NCBI GenBank assembly: GCA_022563595.1
Contig: JADFNB010000001.1
Location: 65,416-129,415, forward strand
Source: Gemmatimonadota bacterium
GTDB lineage: Bacteria > Gemmatimonadota > Gemmatimonadetes > Gemmatimonadales > GWC2-71-9
Reading direction: 5' to 3'
Length of the DNA: 64,000 bases
Part shown: positions 9,663-19,384 of the stretch, piece by piece
Layout of the letters: every line of letters begins with the position of its first letter
Position numbering within the stretch: position 1 is the first letter of the stretch
Program-made: the position numbers and the translations under genes
Notes under the pieces: generated by a model
What the model saw: only the letters and a program-made list of their open reading frames with translations
Databases searched by the model: none
Told to the model about the DNA's origin: nothing

Positions 9663-10748
9663 TCATGGCACGAGCAATAACAGGCGTTCCGCGATGGCCC
9701 TCGCCGCGTCCGGACGGCCCCGCCGACGCGCAGCCTCGGCCATCCGGGCAAGCCGGTCGCGTTCGCCGAGCAGAGCACGGACCCGCTCGGCGAGCACGAC
9801 GGCCGACAGCGCCGCCTCCGGCAGGTGGGTTGCCGCGCCGGCCATCTCGAGCGCACGCGCGTTCGCCGTCTGGTGATCCGCGGCGGCCGACGGCAACGGG
9901 ATCAGTATGCTGGGAAGTCCCCACGCCGCGAGTTCCGCGGTCGTCATCGCGCCCGCACGCGCTACGACGAGATCGGCGGCGGCGTACGCATCGCCTATGG
10001 GATCCCAAAACGGCCGCACGAGCACGCGGTTCGGTTTGGCGAAGGCTCGGAACTGTTCGTAGGTGCCGTGACCGGTACTCCACAGGAGCGTCATCTCGCC
10101 GAACGCGGCATCCGCCAGCGCATTCGCCACGGCGTGGTTGATGGCGCCCGCCCCCTGACTCCCTCCCATCACGAGCGTCACAGGAACATCGGCCGGGAGC
10201 CCCAGCGCCCGCCGCGCCTCGTCCCGCGTTCGGCTCGATGGAGGCACGATCGGGTTTCCGAACTCGTAGACGGCAGCGTTCGGACCGCAGCGGATGCGCG
10301 CCCTCGCCTCCGGGAAGCCGAGATGGATCTGTTGCGCGCGCGGTGCGAGCCGCCGGGTCGTGAACCCCGGATAGGCGTTCTGCTCCTGGAGCGCGAGGGG
10401 GATGCCCCGGCGCACCGCCATGTGGAGGATCGGACCCGCCGCATAACCACCGGTCCCCACAACGAACACCGGCCGCTCCCGCTGCAGCACTTCCCGGCAG
10501 CGACCGAGGAGACGGGGCAGCAGAAACGGCCACCGGGCATTGCGCCACCAGGCGCGCCGATGGATCGGCTCCGCCGGGAGCAGGTGATATCTGAATTCGC
10601 GCTGCGGCAGGATCTCCGATTCCACACCCCGGAGCGCCCCGACCAACACGGGTTGCACGTCGCTCCGCAGCTCGCGCAACGCCGCTGCGATCGCGAGGGC
10701 CGGCATCAGGTGTCCGCCGGTCCCGCCTCCGGCGAGGAGGACGTTCAT
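9663..10748 (-). CDS. murG: Lipid II synthase MurG (undecaprenyl-PP-MurNAc-pentapeptide GlcNAc transferase)
   Basis: Trimmed to the internal ATG at 10746-10748, giving MNVLLAGGGTGGHLMPALAIA (the MurG G-loop). The 75 upstream codons of the track ORF overlap ftsW and look non-coding. Confidence 0.93.
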   Translation of the reverse strand: MNVLLAGGGTGGHLMPALAIAAALRELRSDVQPVLVGALRGVESEILPQREFRYHLLPAEPIHRRAWWRNARWPFLLPRLLGRCREVLQRERPVFVVGTGGYAAGPILHMAVRRGIPLALQEQNAYPGFTTRRLAPRAQQIHLGFPEARARIRCGPNAAVYEFGNPIVPPSSRTRDEARRALGLPADVPVTLVMGGSQGAGAINHAVANALADAAFGEMTLLWSTGHGTYEQFRAFAKPNRVLVRPFWDPIGDAYAAADLVVARAGAMTTAELAAWGLPSILIPLPSAAADHQTANARALEMAGAATHLPEAALSAVVLAERVRALLGERDRLARMAEAARRRGRPDAARAIAERLLLLVP

Positions 10749-10752
10749 CGGC

Positions 10753-11886
10753 TCAACGGCGCGCTCGTGCCCCGGCACGGCCGATACTGATGAGTACGCC
10801 CGCGCTGAAGATCGACACGAGCAGGTTCGAGCGCCCGAATGAGATGAACGGCAGCGGCAGACCGGTGGTGGGAATGAGGGCGAGCGTGACGGCGACGTGC
10901 AGGATCGCCGTGACTCCCACGAGCGCCGTGAGACCAACCGCCAGCAACATCCCGAACCGGTCGGCGGCACCACGCGCGATTCGCAACCCCACCCAGATCC
11001 AGAGGCCGAACAGTAGGATGATCACCGTTCCGCCCACGAACCCCCACTCCTCGCCGATCGTACTGAAGATGAAATCCGAATAGGCCAAAGGCAGATAACC
11101 GAGTTTCTGTAGTCCTTCTCCGAACCCGACTCCAACCACGCGTCCCGCACCGATCCCGATCAGCGACTGCTGGATCTGCCAGTTGGCCTCGGTGACTTCG
11201 GCACCGGAACTGAGGAAAGTCACCATGCGCGAGAGCCGGTACTGCACATTTACGAGTTCGTGCCAGAGCACGGGCGTCGCGGCCACCAACAGGATCAGAA
11301 AGTGCCCGATCCGGGCTCCAGCGGTGAACAGCACGATCCCGCTCACCAGGGCGGTGAGCAGCGCGGTCGACAGGTTGGGTTGAAACAGGATGAGCACGCA
11401 GACGGGCACGACGATCACGAGAAACGGCAAGACCCCCTGCCGAAACTCGCGAACGGTCTCACCTTTCTTGGTAGCCAGCATTGCTACCCACACCACCACG
11501 ACGAACTTCACGAACTCGGACGGCTGAAGTCGTACGGGACCGATCGCAAGCCAGCGGCGGGCACCGTTGATCTCCGGCACGAGTCCGCGCAGCCCGGGCA
11601 GGAACGGCAGCCACAGGATCGCCAGCGACACCAGCATGAGCGGCCACGCGCTCCGGCGCCACACGTGGTAATCCACCCGCGCCGCGACCAGGAGGCCGAG
11701 CCCTCCCACGACGACGCCGGTCAGCTGTCGGAGGGCGAACGACGCTCCCAGCGCACCGTTTTGCACGGCGAGAATGCTCGACGCGCCGTAGACCGCCGCC
11801 ACACCGAAGACGGCCAAGGCCGCGGTCACGATCGCAAGAAGCCTGCCCTGCCAATTCACCATAGGGGAAAGCGCATTCGTGGTCAT
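10753..11886 (-). CDS. ftsW: SEDS-family peptidoglycan polymerase FtsW
   Basis: Polytopic membrane protein with SEDS motifs (QPSEFVKF, AYSDFIFSTIGEEWGF, GLPLPFISFGRS). The start chosen at ATG 11884-11886 forms an ATGA overlap with the murD stop. Confidence 0.92.
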   Translation of the reverse strand: MTTNALSPMVNWQGRLLAIVTAALAVFGVAAVYGASSILAVQNGALGASFALRQLTGVVVGGLGLLVAARVDYHVWRRSAWPLMLVSLAILWLPFLPGLRGLVPEINGARRWLAIGPVRLQPSEFVKFVVVVWVAMLATKKGETVREFRQGVLPFLVIVVPVCVLILFQPNLSTALLTALVSGIVLFTAGARIGHFLILLVAATPVLWHELVNVQYRLSRMVTFLSSGAEVTEANWQIQQSLIGIGAGRVVGVGFGEGLQKLGYLPLAYSDFIFSTIGEEWGFVGGTVIILLFGLWIWVGLRIARGAADRFGMLLAVGLTALVGVTAILHVAVTLALIPTTGLPLPFISFGRSNLLVSIFSAGVLISIGRAGARARR

Positions 11887-13229
11887 AGCGACAGCACGAG
11901 GGCGCGGAAGCGCTCGCCGCGCTCCTCGTAGTCGGTGAACGCATCGAAACTCGCGCACGCAGGCGAGAGCAGCACCACGTCGCCTGAGCGCGCGAGTGCC
12001 CTGCTCCGCACCACCGCGTCGTCCAGCGCGTCGACCGCCGTCACCGGCACCTGATCACCGAGGTCGCGTTCCACCAGCGGCGCCGCTTCACCGAACGCAA
12101 CGACGCCGCGGCAGCGGCCGACAAGGACCGGGGCGATCGCCGTGTACGGCTGCCCCTTGTGACGCCCGCCCAGCAGCAGCACGAACGGACGTAGCATGGC
12201 CCGCGCCGCCTTCACGGTCGACGCCAGGTTCGTCGCCTTGGAGTCGTTTATCCACAGGACACCATCCAGGTCCCGGACCGGCTCCAGTCGATGCGGCAGC
12301 GGACTGAACGCGGTGAGCGCCTGGCCGATCGCCTCGGTCGCCACGCCTGCGCTCCGGGCGGCGAGCGCGGCGGCGAGCGCGTTCTCGATGTTGTGCTCCC
12401 CGAGCAGGGGAAGCTCGCGTCGTGCGAGCAGAACAGTATCCTCGAGCATCAGCCGCTCGGTGGTCCTGTCATACCAGGCATCCGCAGGAGCCGACAGGCG
12501 CCACAGGCGGCGCGTTCCCACCGAGTCGCCGGCCAGCTCGAGTACCGCCGTGTCGTCGCCGTTCAGTATCCATACCGATCGGCTCGACGCGTTGCGAAAC
12601 AACAGCCGCTTGTCGGCATAGTACTCCTCAACCGAGGCGTACCGGTCGAGGTGGTCGGGTGACAGGTTGGTGAGCACGCCGACGGCAGGGTCGAGGAGGG
12701 GCGAATCGTGCAGCTGGAACGACGACGCCTCGACCGCTATCCACTCCGGCTGCTGCATCTCGCCGGCCAGCTCGATGAGCGGACGACCGATGTTCCCGGC
12801 CGCTTCCGCCCGGATGCCGGATGCGCGCAGGAGATGCGCGATGATGGCTGTTGTGGTGCTCTTACCGTTCGTGCCGGTGACGACGATCAGCTTGGCCGCC
12901 GCCAGGGCCGCGGCCGCCACATCGAGTTCGGAGCGAATCGCGACACCTGCCGCCCGTGCCGCGACGACCGGTGGCGCGTCCGGCGGCACCCCGGGGGAGA
13001 CGATCACTGCCGCCGCGCGCGCGACCCGCTCGACGTCGTGCGCGCCGATCTCGACCGCGACGCCGAGCGCCCGCAGCTGCTCCGCCGTCGCGACGGTTGC
13101 CGCGGTGGACGCGACGTCGGACGCGTACACCGCCACACCGCGGCCTGCGAGCCAGCGGCTCATAGCGCTGCCGCTGCGCGCGATCCCGATCACCGCCACC
13201 TCGCCGTGCCGCCAGGCGTCGGGGATCAC
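11883..13229 (-). CDS. murD: UDP-N-acetylmuramoylalanine--D-glutamate ligase
   Basis: VAVIGIARSGSA (Rossmann-type fold) and VTGTNGKSTTT (P-loop). The start chosen at GTG 13227-13229 forms a GTGA overlap with the mraY stop. Confidence 0.92.
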   Translation of the reverse strand: MIPDAWRHGEVAVIGIARSGSAMSRWLAGRGVAVYASDVASTAATVATAEQLRALGVAVEIGAHDVERVARAAAVIVSPGVPPDAPPVVAARAAGVAIRSELDVAAAALAAAKLIVVTGTNGKSTTTAIIAHLLRASGIRAEAAGNIGRPLIELAGEMQQPEWIAVEASSFQLHDSPLLDPAVGVLTNLSPDHLDRYASVEEYYADKRLLFRNASSRSVWILNGDDTAVLELAGDSVGTRRLWRLSAPADAWYDRTTERLMLEDTVLLARRELPLLGEHNIENALAAALAARSAGVATEAIGQALTAFSPLPHRLEPVRDLDGVLWINDSKATNLASTVKAARAMLRPFVLLLGGRHKGQPYTAIAPVLVGRCRGVVAFGEAAPLVERDLGDQVPVTAVDALDDAVVRSRALARSGDVVLLSPACASFDAFTDYEERGERFRALVLSL

Positions 13230-14347
13230 CGGATCTTGAGCGTCGACAGTGCAACCAGCGCACACAGCAACCCCACGATGTAGAACCGGGTGACGATCTT
13301 CGACTCGGGCCAGCCGATCTTCTCGAAGTGATGGTGCAGCGGCGCCATACGGAACACCCGATGCTGCTCGGCGTATTCGCGACCCCGGCGGCGGCGGCGC
13401 ACCTTGAAGACGGCCGTCTGGATGATCACTGAGAGGGCTTCAGCCACGAAGACTCCGCCGACGAGCAGCAGCAGGAACTCCGACTTGAGCAGGATCGCCA
13501 CGGTGCCGAACGCGCCGCCGAGCGCCAGGCTTCCGGTATCACCCATGAAGACCTCGGCGGGATGCGCATTGTACCACAGGAAACCCAGCGCGGCACCCGC
13601 GAGGCTCCCGCAGAAGATCGTCAGCTCTCCCGCGCCGCGCAGATAGTAGAGACCGAGGTAACCGGCCCAATCGACGCGGCCAACCAGATAGGCGAACACC
13701 GCGAAGGCCACCGCCGCGATGAGCGAGAGGCCGGTGGCGAGGCCGTCGAGGCCGTCCGTGAGGTTCACCGCGTTGCTGGTTCCGGTTACCACCAAAGTCA
13801 CGAACACCACGTATGCCCAGGGCGCGAATATTACGATGACATACTTGAAGAAAGGCAACGTCGTAGCGTTCGCCGGCACGGTGTCGGCCAGTGGGTAGAG
13901 GAGCAGGTAGATCCCGAGCATCACGCCGAACGTGATTTGGCCCGCCAGCTTGTGTCGGGCAACCAGCCCGCGCGGTTTGCCGCGGACGATCTTCAAGTAG
14001 TCGTCGATGAACCCGATGGCCCCCATCCACAGCGTAGCGATCACCGCCACCCACACGTAGCGGATGTCCAGCCGGGCCCACAACAGCGTGGGGAGAATCG
14101 CGCAGGCGAGAATGATCAACCCACCCATCGTGGGGGTCCCCCGCTTCTCCCGGTGTGTGGCGGGACCGTCCGCGCGAACGATCTGTCCGACGCCGCGCCG
14201 TTCCAGCACCCGAATGATCGGCGGCCCGATGACGAAGGCCAGCAATCCGGCGGTAACCGCCGCACCGACCGTGCGGAACGAGATATAGGTGAAGAGGTTG
14301 AAGAGCTGGAAATCACCAGCGAGCGGCGTCAGGAAGTGGTAGAACAC
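13226..14347 (-). CDS. mraY: Phospho-N-acetylmuramoyl-pentapeptide transferase
   Basis: TPTMGGL, NAVNLTDGLDGLA, MGDTGSLALGG and HHHFE, the canonical MraY motifs. Confidence 0.97.
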   Translation of the reverse strand: MFYHFLTPLAGDFQLFNLFTYISFRTVGAAVTAGLLAFVIGPPIIRVLERRGVGQIVRADGPATHREKRGTPTMGGLIILACAILPTLLWARLDIRYVWVAVIATLWMGAIGFIDDYLKIVRGKPRGLVARHKLAGQITFGVMLGIYLLLYPLADTVPANATTLPFFKYVIVIFAPWAYVVFVTLVVTGTSNAVNLTDGLDGLATGLSLIAAVAFAVFAYLVGRVDWAGYLGLYYLRGAGELTIFCGSLAGAALGFLWYNAHPAEVFMGDTGSLALGGAFGTVAILLKSEFLLLLVGGVFVAEALSVIIQTAVFKVRRRRRGREYAEQHRVFRMAPLHHHFEKIGWPESKIVTRFYIVGLLCALVALSTLKIR

Positions 14348-15699
14348 TGGGCCTCGCGATTGGGAAGAATATGCGGGAGCGCCCGCTCGAGCTGCACGCC
14401 CCGGGACGCCTTGAGCAGCACGAACTCACTTCCCACCAGGCGGGACGCCACCCGGCGCCCGAGTTCCTTCGCCTCATCTGCGATGACCAGCCGACCCGCC
14501 AGCAGGTCATGATGTCGCTCGAAGGCCGGCACGAACGCGCCGAGGGCGCCGATCACGGCGGGCTCGGCGGCTACGATTGCGTCGGCTACGCTCTCGTGCG
14601 CCTCTATTGTGGTGGGCCCGAGTTCGAGCATAGTGCCCACGATCACGACGAGCGGACGCCGGCCGCACAGCACGGCGGCCGTCTCGAGTGCGGCCGCGAA
14701 CGACGCCGGATTGGCGTTGTACGAGTCATTGAGCACCGTGAGCCCGCCCGCCCGAAGCAGCTGGCAGCGCCCGTCCGGCAAGGTGACCGTCTCAAGCGCC
14801 TCGGCAACGCTCTTGATATCCAGTCCGAGCACTTCGGCGAGTGCCAGCACCAGCATCGCGTTCTCTCCCTGGTGCCGTCCGAGCAGTGGAATGCGCACAC
14901 GCTGACCGCGGAAGACCAACTCGGGTCGACCGATCCCGTCCAGGCACCAGCTGTCGGGACGGACCTCCGCACCGTTCCCGAGGCCCGCGCTCGCCGTCGG
15001 AACGCCCAGCGCCCGCGCCCGCTCGATGAGGTCCGGTGGATCCGTCCCGACCACGGCACTGTTCACACCGTGCAGAATGAACAGCTTCTCCTCGAGCACC
15101 GCTTCCAGCGATCCGAACCCCTCCACATGCCCGGTGGAGACGTTCGTGATGATGGCGGCGGTCGGGGCGATGATCCGGCGCAATCGCTCGATCTCGCCGC
15201 GCTCGCTCGCTCCAGCCTCGACCACGAGTGCGTCGGTATCATCTGGTGTCGCGAGAATGGTCAGCGGCACCCCGATCTCGTTGTTGAGGCTGCCACGCGT
15301 CGCGTGGACGGACCACCGCACGCCAAGAGCCCGCGCGAGCAGCTCCTTGGTGGCGGTCTTCCCGTTGGTACCGGTGATCCCCACCACCGGTCCGGTCACG
15401 TCCTCCCGCCGCCGGCTCGCGAGCCGGTGAAGCGCGGGCAGCGTATCCTCGACCTCGAACAGGGCCAACCCCTCGACGGGCCGTGTCCCCCGACACACTA
15501 CCGCCCCGGACGCACCGGCGTCGCGGGCCGCCTCCAGGAAATCGTGACCGTCGAACCGTTCCCCGCTGAGCGCGACGAACAGATCGCCCTCGGTGAGCGT
15601 GCGGGTATCGGTCGAGACGGCGCGGAACCGACGGGCCGCACCCGCCGGATCCGGGATCTGTAGCGTCTCGGCAACCAGCCCACTCGTCCAGTCAGTCAT
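14329..15699 (-). CDS. murF: UDP-MurNAc-tripeptide--D-alanyl-D-alanine ligase
   Basis: ITGTNGKTATKE P-loop and Mur ligase middle and C-terminal domains. Located between murE and mraY. Confidence 0.92.
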   Translation of the reverse strand: MTDWTSGLVAETLQIPDPAGAARRFRAVSTDTRTLTEGDLFVALSGERFDGHDFLEAARDAGASGAVVCRGTRPVEGLALFEVEDTLPALHRLASRRREDVTGPVVGITGTNGKTATKELLARALGVRWSVHATRGSLNNEIGVPLTILATPDDTDALVVEAGASERGEIERLRRIIAPTAAIITNVSTGHVEGFGSLEAVLEEKLFILHGVNSAVVGTDPPDLIERARALGVPTASAGLGNGAEVRPDSWCLDGIGRPELVFRGQRVRIPLLGRHQGENAMLVLALAEVLGLDIKSVAEALETVTLPDGRCQLLRAGGLTVLNDSYNANPASFAAALETAAVLCGRRPLVVIVGTMLELGPTTIEAHESVADAIVAAEPAVIGALGAFVPAFERHHDLLAGRLVIADEAKELGRRVASRLVGSEFVLLKASRGVQLERALPHILPNREAQCSTTS

Positions 15700-17156
15700 G
15701 CCGCAGGCGACCCCAACGCGTCGAGCACGATAACACGCTCGTCGAACGGGTGTTTCTCTGTCCCGAAGATCTGGTATGTCTCGTGGCCTTTCCCCGCCAG
15801 GAGCAAGCAGTCGCCCGGCGCCAGCATCGTGAGGGCACGATGGATGGCGTCCTGGCGATCCAGGATACGAAGATGTGGGACTTCGGCCATTCCCGCCGCG
15901 ATGTCGTCGAGGATACGTTCTGGGTCCTCGGTGCGAGGATTGTCCGCGGTCAGGATCACGACATCAGCCTCGCTCGCGGCGATCTTCCCCATCACCGCGC
16001 GTTTGCCCCGGTCTCGGTCTCCTCCGCAGCCGAACAGCACGATCAACCGCGCTGCGGTCACCCGCCGGAGGGTGCGGAGAACCCGCAGCATGGCGTCGGG
16101 CGTATGCGCGTAGTCGCGCAGAACCGTGTAGCGCTCCGACACGAGCCGTTCCATCCGACCCGGGACCTGCGGCGCGTCACGCAACGCACCCGCCACGGCC
16201 TCCGGTTCACCGCCTAGACCCCACGCCGCCGCCGCCGCCGCGAGAGCGTTGCTCACGTTGAACTCGCCGAGGAGCGGCAGCACTGTGCGCGTCTCGTAGG
16301 TCTCGAACCGAATTGTGAGCGCGCTGCCGGTGGCGTCCGCCTCCACCGCGACCGCCCGCACCGTGGCGTCCCGGTGGACGCCGTAGGAGATGCGTCGCAC
16401 CCGGTCGCGCGACGGGAGCGCCTCCCATGCCGGATCGTCGGCGTTGATGACCTCGATGCCGTCATCTTCGATCTGGTCGGAGAGGAGCGCCTTGGCTGCC
16501 AGGTAGGCGTCGAGCTCGCCGTGATAATCGAGGTGCTCGTGTGTCAGGTTGGTATAGACGCCCGCCTGGAACGAAAGCTCGGCGGTGCGGCGCTGGTGGA
16601 GCGCGTGCGATGAGATCTCCATCACGACCGTCCGCACGCCACGATCGCGCAGCGCGGCGAGTGTAGCCTGCAGCTCGACGGGGCCGGGCGTCGTGAGCCC
16701 GGTGGCGTCGGGCAGGCGTTCTCCGGCCCCGCCCACCACCCCAAGGGTTCCCAACGCCGCCACGTCGCCCGCCGCGTTCATCAGATGGCGGGTCAGACTC
16801 ACGGTCGTCGACTTCCCGTTGGTGCCGGTGACACCGACGAGCCGGAGCGCGTCACCGGGCCGGTCGTACCATGTGGCGGCCGCAACCGCCGCCGCGATCC
16901 GGCTGTCCCGCACGACCACTTGGGGAATGGCCGCCTCGACCACTCGGGTGACCAGCGCAGCCACCGCACCGCGGGCAGCGGCGTCGGCCACGTAGTCATG
17001 ACCGTCGGCGACCGTACCTTGGACGGCGCAAAACAGGACCGCACCGTCAACGCGCCGCGAGTCGTCGACCACACCGGCGATCTCGGGTGCCGCGTCGGGG
17101 GCGCGGACCAGCTCGCCGCGCGCATCCAGCGCGTCGGCTATGCGTCGCAACTCCAT
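15696..17156 (-). CDS. murE: UDP-MurNAc-L-Ala-D-Glu--2,6-diaminopimelate ligase
   Basis: VTGTNGKSTT P-loop. The ADNPRTEDP (DNPR) motif is characteristic of meso-DAP-adding MurE. Confidence 0.95.
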   Translation of the reverse strand: MELRRIADALDARGELVRAPDAAPEIAGVVDDSRRVDGAVLFCAVQGTVADGHDYVADAAARGAVAALVTRVVEAAIPQVVVRDSRIAAAVAAATWYDRPGDALRLVGVTGTNGKSTTVSLTRHLMNAAGDVAALGTLGVVGGAGERLPDATGLTTPGPVELQATLAALRDRGVRTVVMEISSHALHQRRTAELSFQAGVYTNLTHEHLDYHGELDAYLAAKALLSDQIEDDGIEVINADDPAWEALPSRDRVRRISYGVHRDATVRAVAVEADATGSALTIRFETYETRTVLPLLGEFNVSNALAAAAAAWGLGGEPEAVAGALRDAPQVPGRMERLVSERYTVLRDYAHTPDAMLRVLRTLRRVTAARLIVLFGCGGDRDRGKRAVMGKIAASEADVVILTADNPRTEDPERILDDIAAGMAEVPHLRILDRQDAIHRALTMLAPGDCLLLAGKGHETYQIFGTEKHPFDERVIVLDALGSPAA

Positions 17157-19093
17157 CAGAGTGACCCCGCCCGCGCGCAGAATAGCGTCACCATCCCGCC
17201 CGGCTCCACCGAATCTCCCGCCACCGGACGTGAGCGCACCACGATGTCCCCCACGACCTCGACCCGTGAGTTCAGCCCGGCCTTGTGCAGCCGGCGGACC
17301 GCCTCACGCAGGTTCAATCCGGTGATGTCGGGCACGAGGCGGGGGCCGCGCACGGGCCGCGCGGAGGTGTCCGGCCAGGCCACCACGAACGGAACGGTGC
17401 CGGCATCCACCGGCACGACCGGGATCGGGAGCGGAGGGATCCCGCGCGCCAGGCGGCTCCGGTCGAGCGCTGCCGTTTGCGCGGCGAGTACCTGCTCGAG
17501 AACCGCGCGGGTGAGGGGGGCCGCGGTCAATGTAGCGTAGGTCCCGCGCGGGTTCTCCAGCTTCACGATCATGACCAGCTGGGGATCGTCCGCGGGAAAG
17601 AGCGACGCGAACACCGCGATGTGCGAACCCGGGACGTAACCACCCGGACCGGCGACCCGGGCCGTTCCCGTCTTGCCTGCGACCTCATAGGTGCTGAGCG
17701 CCGCGCTGGCGCCGGTTCCGCCGCGTGCCGTGGCGGAGCGGAGCATCGCCCGCAAGCGTCGGGCGATCTCCGGTGTCACTACCCGACGCACCGGTTCCGG
17801 ACGGTGCGAGTAGGTCACCGAGCCGTCCGCACGACGGATCTCGCGCACCAAGGTAGGGCGGAGGAGAATCCCGTCATTCGCGATCGCCGCATACGCGAGA
17901 GCGAGCTGCAGCGGGGTCACCGCGATCTCGTATCCGATGGCCAGTGCGGCCGCCGTCGTGCCACTCCATTTACGGGGCCGCCTGAGAATGCCCCGGGATT
18001 CGGCGGGATACTCGATACCGGTCGGGGAGCCGAAACCCATGTCACGCAGCATACCGAATTGTTCCACCGGGCGGAGCCGGGAGGCGAACTTCACCATTGC
18101 GATGTTGCTCGAGAACCTGATCGCCTGATCGAGCGTTATCCACGCAACGTCCAGTTCGTGATCGTCTACGAGCGTGCGGTGCGGCAGCTCCCAACGCCCG
18201 CCCTCGCCGTATACCGTATCGGTGGCCACGACCCGGTCATGGACCAGCAACGCCGCCGCGGCGAAGATCTTCGCCGTCGACCCGGGCTCGAACACCGTGG
18301 TAAACGCGCTCGCCGGGGCAGATCCGTCGGACCGGCGGGATGCGACGGCCAGTACCTCACCAGACTCCGGCGCGAGCACGACGACGTCTCCGCCATCGGC
18401 GCCAAAACGGTCGACGGCCTCCGCCAGCGCGTTCTCCACGATCTCCTGTATGCTCATGTCGAGCGTGAGCTGGATGTCGTGACCGCCGACGGGGAACGCG
18501 CTCAACCGTGACGGCGATTCGTATACCCGGCCGCGGCCATCCCGAATCACGACGGCGCGCCCCGGGGTCCCCGCCAAGAGCGAATCGAACACCCGCTCGA
18601 TGCCACCCGCCGGCCGGCCGGCCGCCGGAGGACGACCGAGTACGGAGCGCGCGAAGTCCGGGTCGGGATAGAACCGCGTGAAGACCGGCGACAGGTGGAC
18701 CCCGCGCAGCCGGCGTAGCGGGTGCACCTGCGCGGAGCTGAAGGGACCGTCGAAGTACGCCCACCGCCTGCGGAGCGCGCGCTGCACCTCAGGCTCCGAG
18801 AGCCCCAGTTGCGATCCGATCAGCCGCGCGGCGGCGGCGGGATTTCGCAGCTCGTTGGGCGCGAGCCCGACGTGGAAGCTCTCCTGCGTGGTCGCGAGCG
18901 GCACACCGTTCCGATCGTACAGTACACCGCGGCGCGCGGGAAGGACGACGGTTTCGGTCCGCTGGCTGTCGGCGAGCGCCGCATAATGGCTGCCCCGGAC
19001 GAGCTGTACTTGGGCGGCCCGGATCACGAGGACGGCGATCCCGATCGCGAACGCGATTCCCACTGCCGTCAATCGGACCTCGGGCTTGGCCAT
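17156..19093 (-). CDS. ftsI: Class B penicillin-binding protein FtsI (PBP3) with a C-terminal PASTA domain
   Basis: Transpeptidase motifs STAK (EPGSTAKIF), SSN and KTGTA. The last ~60 aa (VPDITGLNLREAVRRLHKAGL...GDIVVRSRP..G) look like a PASTA domain. Confidence 0.93.
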   Translation of the reverse strand: MAKPEVRLTAVGIAFAIGIAVLVIRAAQVQLVRGSHYAALADSQRTETVVLPARRGVLYDRNGVPLATTQESFHVGLAPNELRNPAAAARLIGSQLGLSEPEVQRALRRRWAYFDGPFSSAQVHPLRRLRGVHLSPVFTRFYPDPDFARSVLGRPPAAGRPAGGIERVFDSLLAGTPGRAVVIRDGRGRVYESPSRLSAFPVGGHDIQLTLDMSIQEIVENALAEAVDRFGADGGDVVVLAPESGEVLAVASRRSDGSAPASAFTTVFEPGSTAKIFAAAALLVHDRVVATDTVYGEGGRWELPHRTLVDDHELDVAWITLDQAIRFSSNIAMVKFASRLRPVEQFGMLRDMGFGSPTGIEYPAESRGILRRPRKWSGTTAAALAIGYEIAVTPLQLALAYAAIANDGILLRPTLVREIRRADGSVTYSHRPEPVRRVVTPEIARRLRAMLRSATARGGTGASAALSTYEVAGKTGTARVAGPGGYVPGSHIAVFASLFPADDPQLVMIVKLENPRGTYATLTAAPLTRAVLEQVLAAQTAALDRSRLARGIPPLPIPVVPVDAGTVPFVVAWPDTSARPVRGPRLVPDITGLNLREAVRRLHKAGLNSRVEVVGDIVVRSRPVAGDSVEPGGMVTLFCARAGSL

Positions 19094-19096
19094 CGT

Positions 19097-19384
19097 TCAG
19101 CGCATCTCCGGCGCAGGTACCTGCAGAATGACGATCTCTGTGTCGGCGGGCAAGCGCAGCCCCAAAGACTCGGCCCGTGGGATCAGGATCGCGCGGCTCC
19201 CGCCCTCCCGGATGCGTCGCAGGAGAACGGCCTTTTCGGCTTCCGCGGCGGACCGTTCCGTGCGCACTTCCACCAGATCGACGGCCGCCACGAGCGCCGA
19301 GGTCTGTCGCGTGTTCACCCAGACGAGCACGCCGAGCAGGAACGCCAGCCAGACGGCGAACCAGTAACGGCCCTTAGCTGCCAT
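19097..19384 (-). CDS. ftsL: FtsL-like cell division protein
   Basis: 95-aa single-TM protein (WFAVWLAFLLGVLVWV) followed by a short coiled-coil-like region. Canonical position between rsmH and ftsI. Confidence 0.7.
   Translation of the reverse strand: MAAKGRYWFAVWLAFLLGVLVWVNTRQTSALVAAVDLVEVRTERSAAEAEKAVLLRRIREGGSRAILIPRAESLGLRLPADTEIVILQVPAPEMR

Noticed and set aside
10749-10973. 75-codon N-terminal extension of the murG track ORF.
   Set aside because: The extension overlaps the ftsW 3' end and is Ser/Arg/Cys-rich. The conserved MurG N-terminus (MNVLLAGGGTGGH) begins at the internal ATG at 10748.
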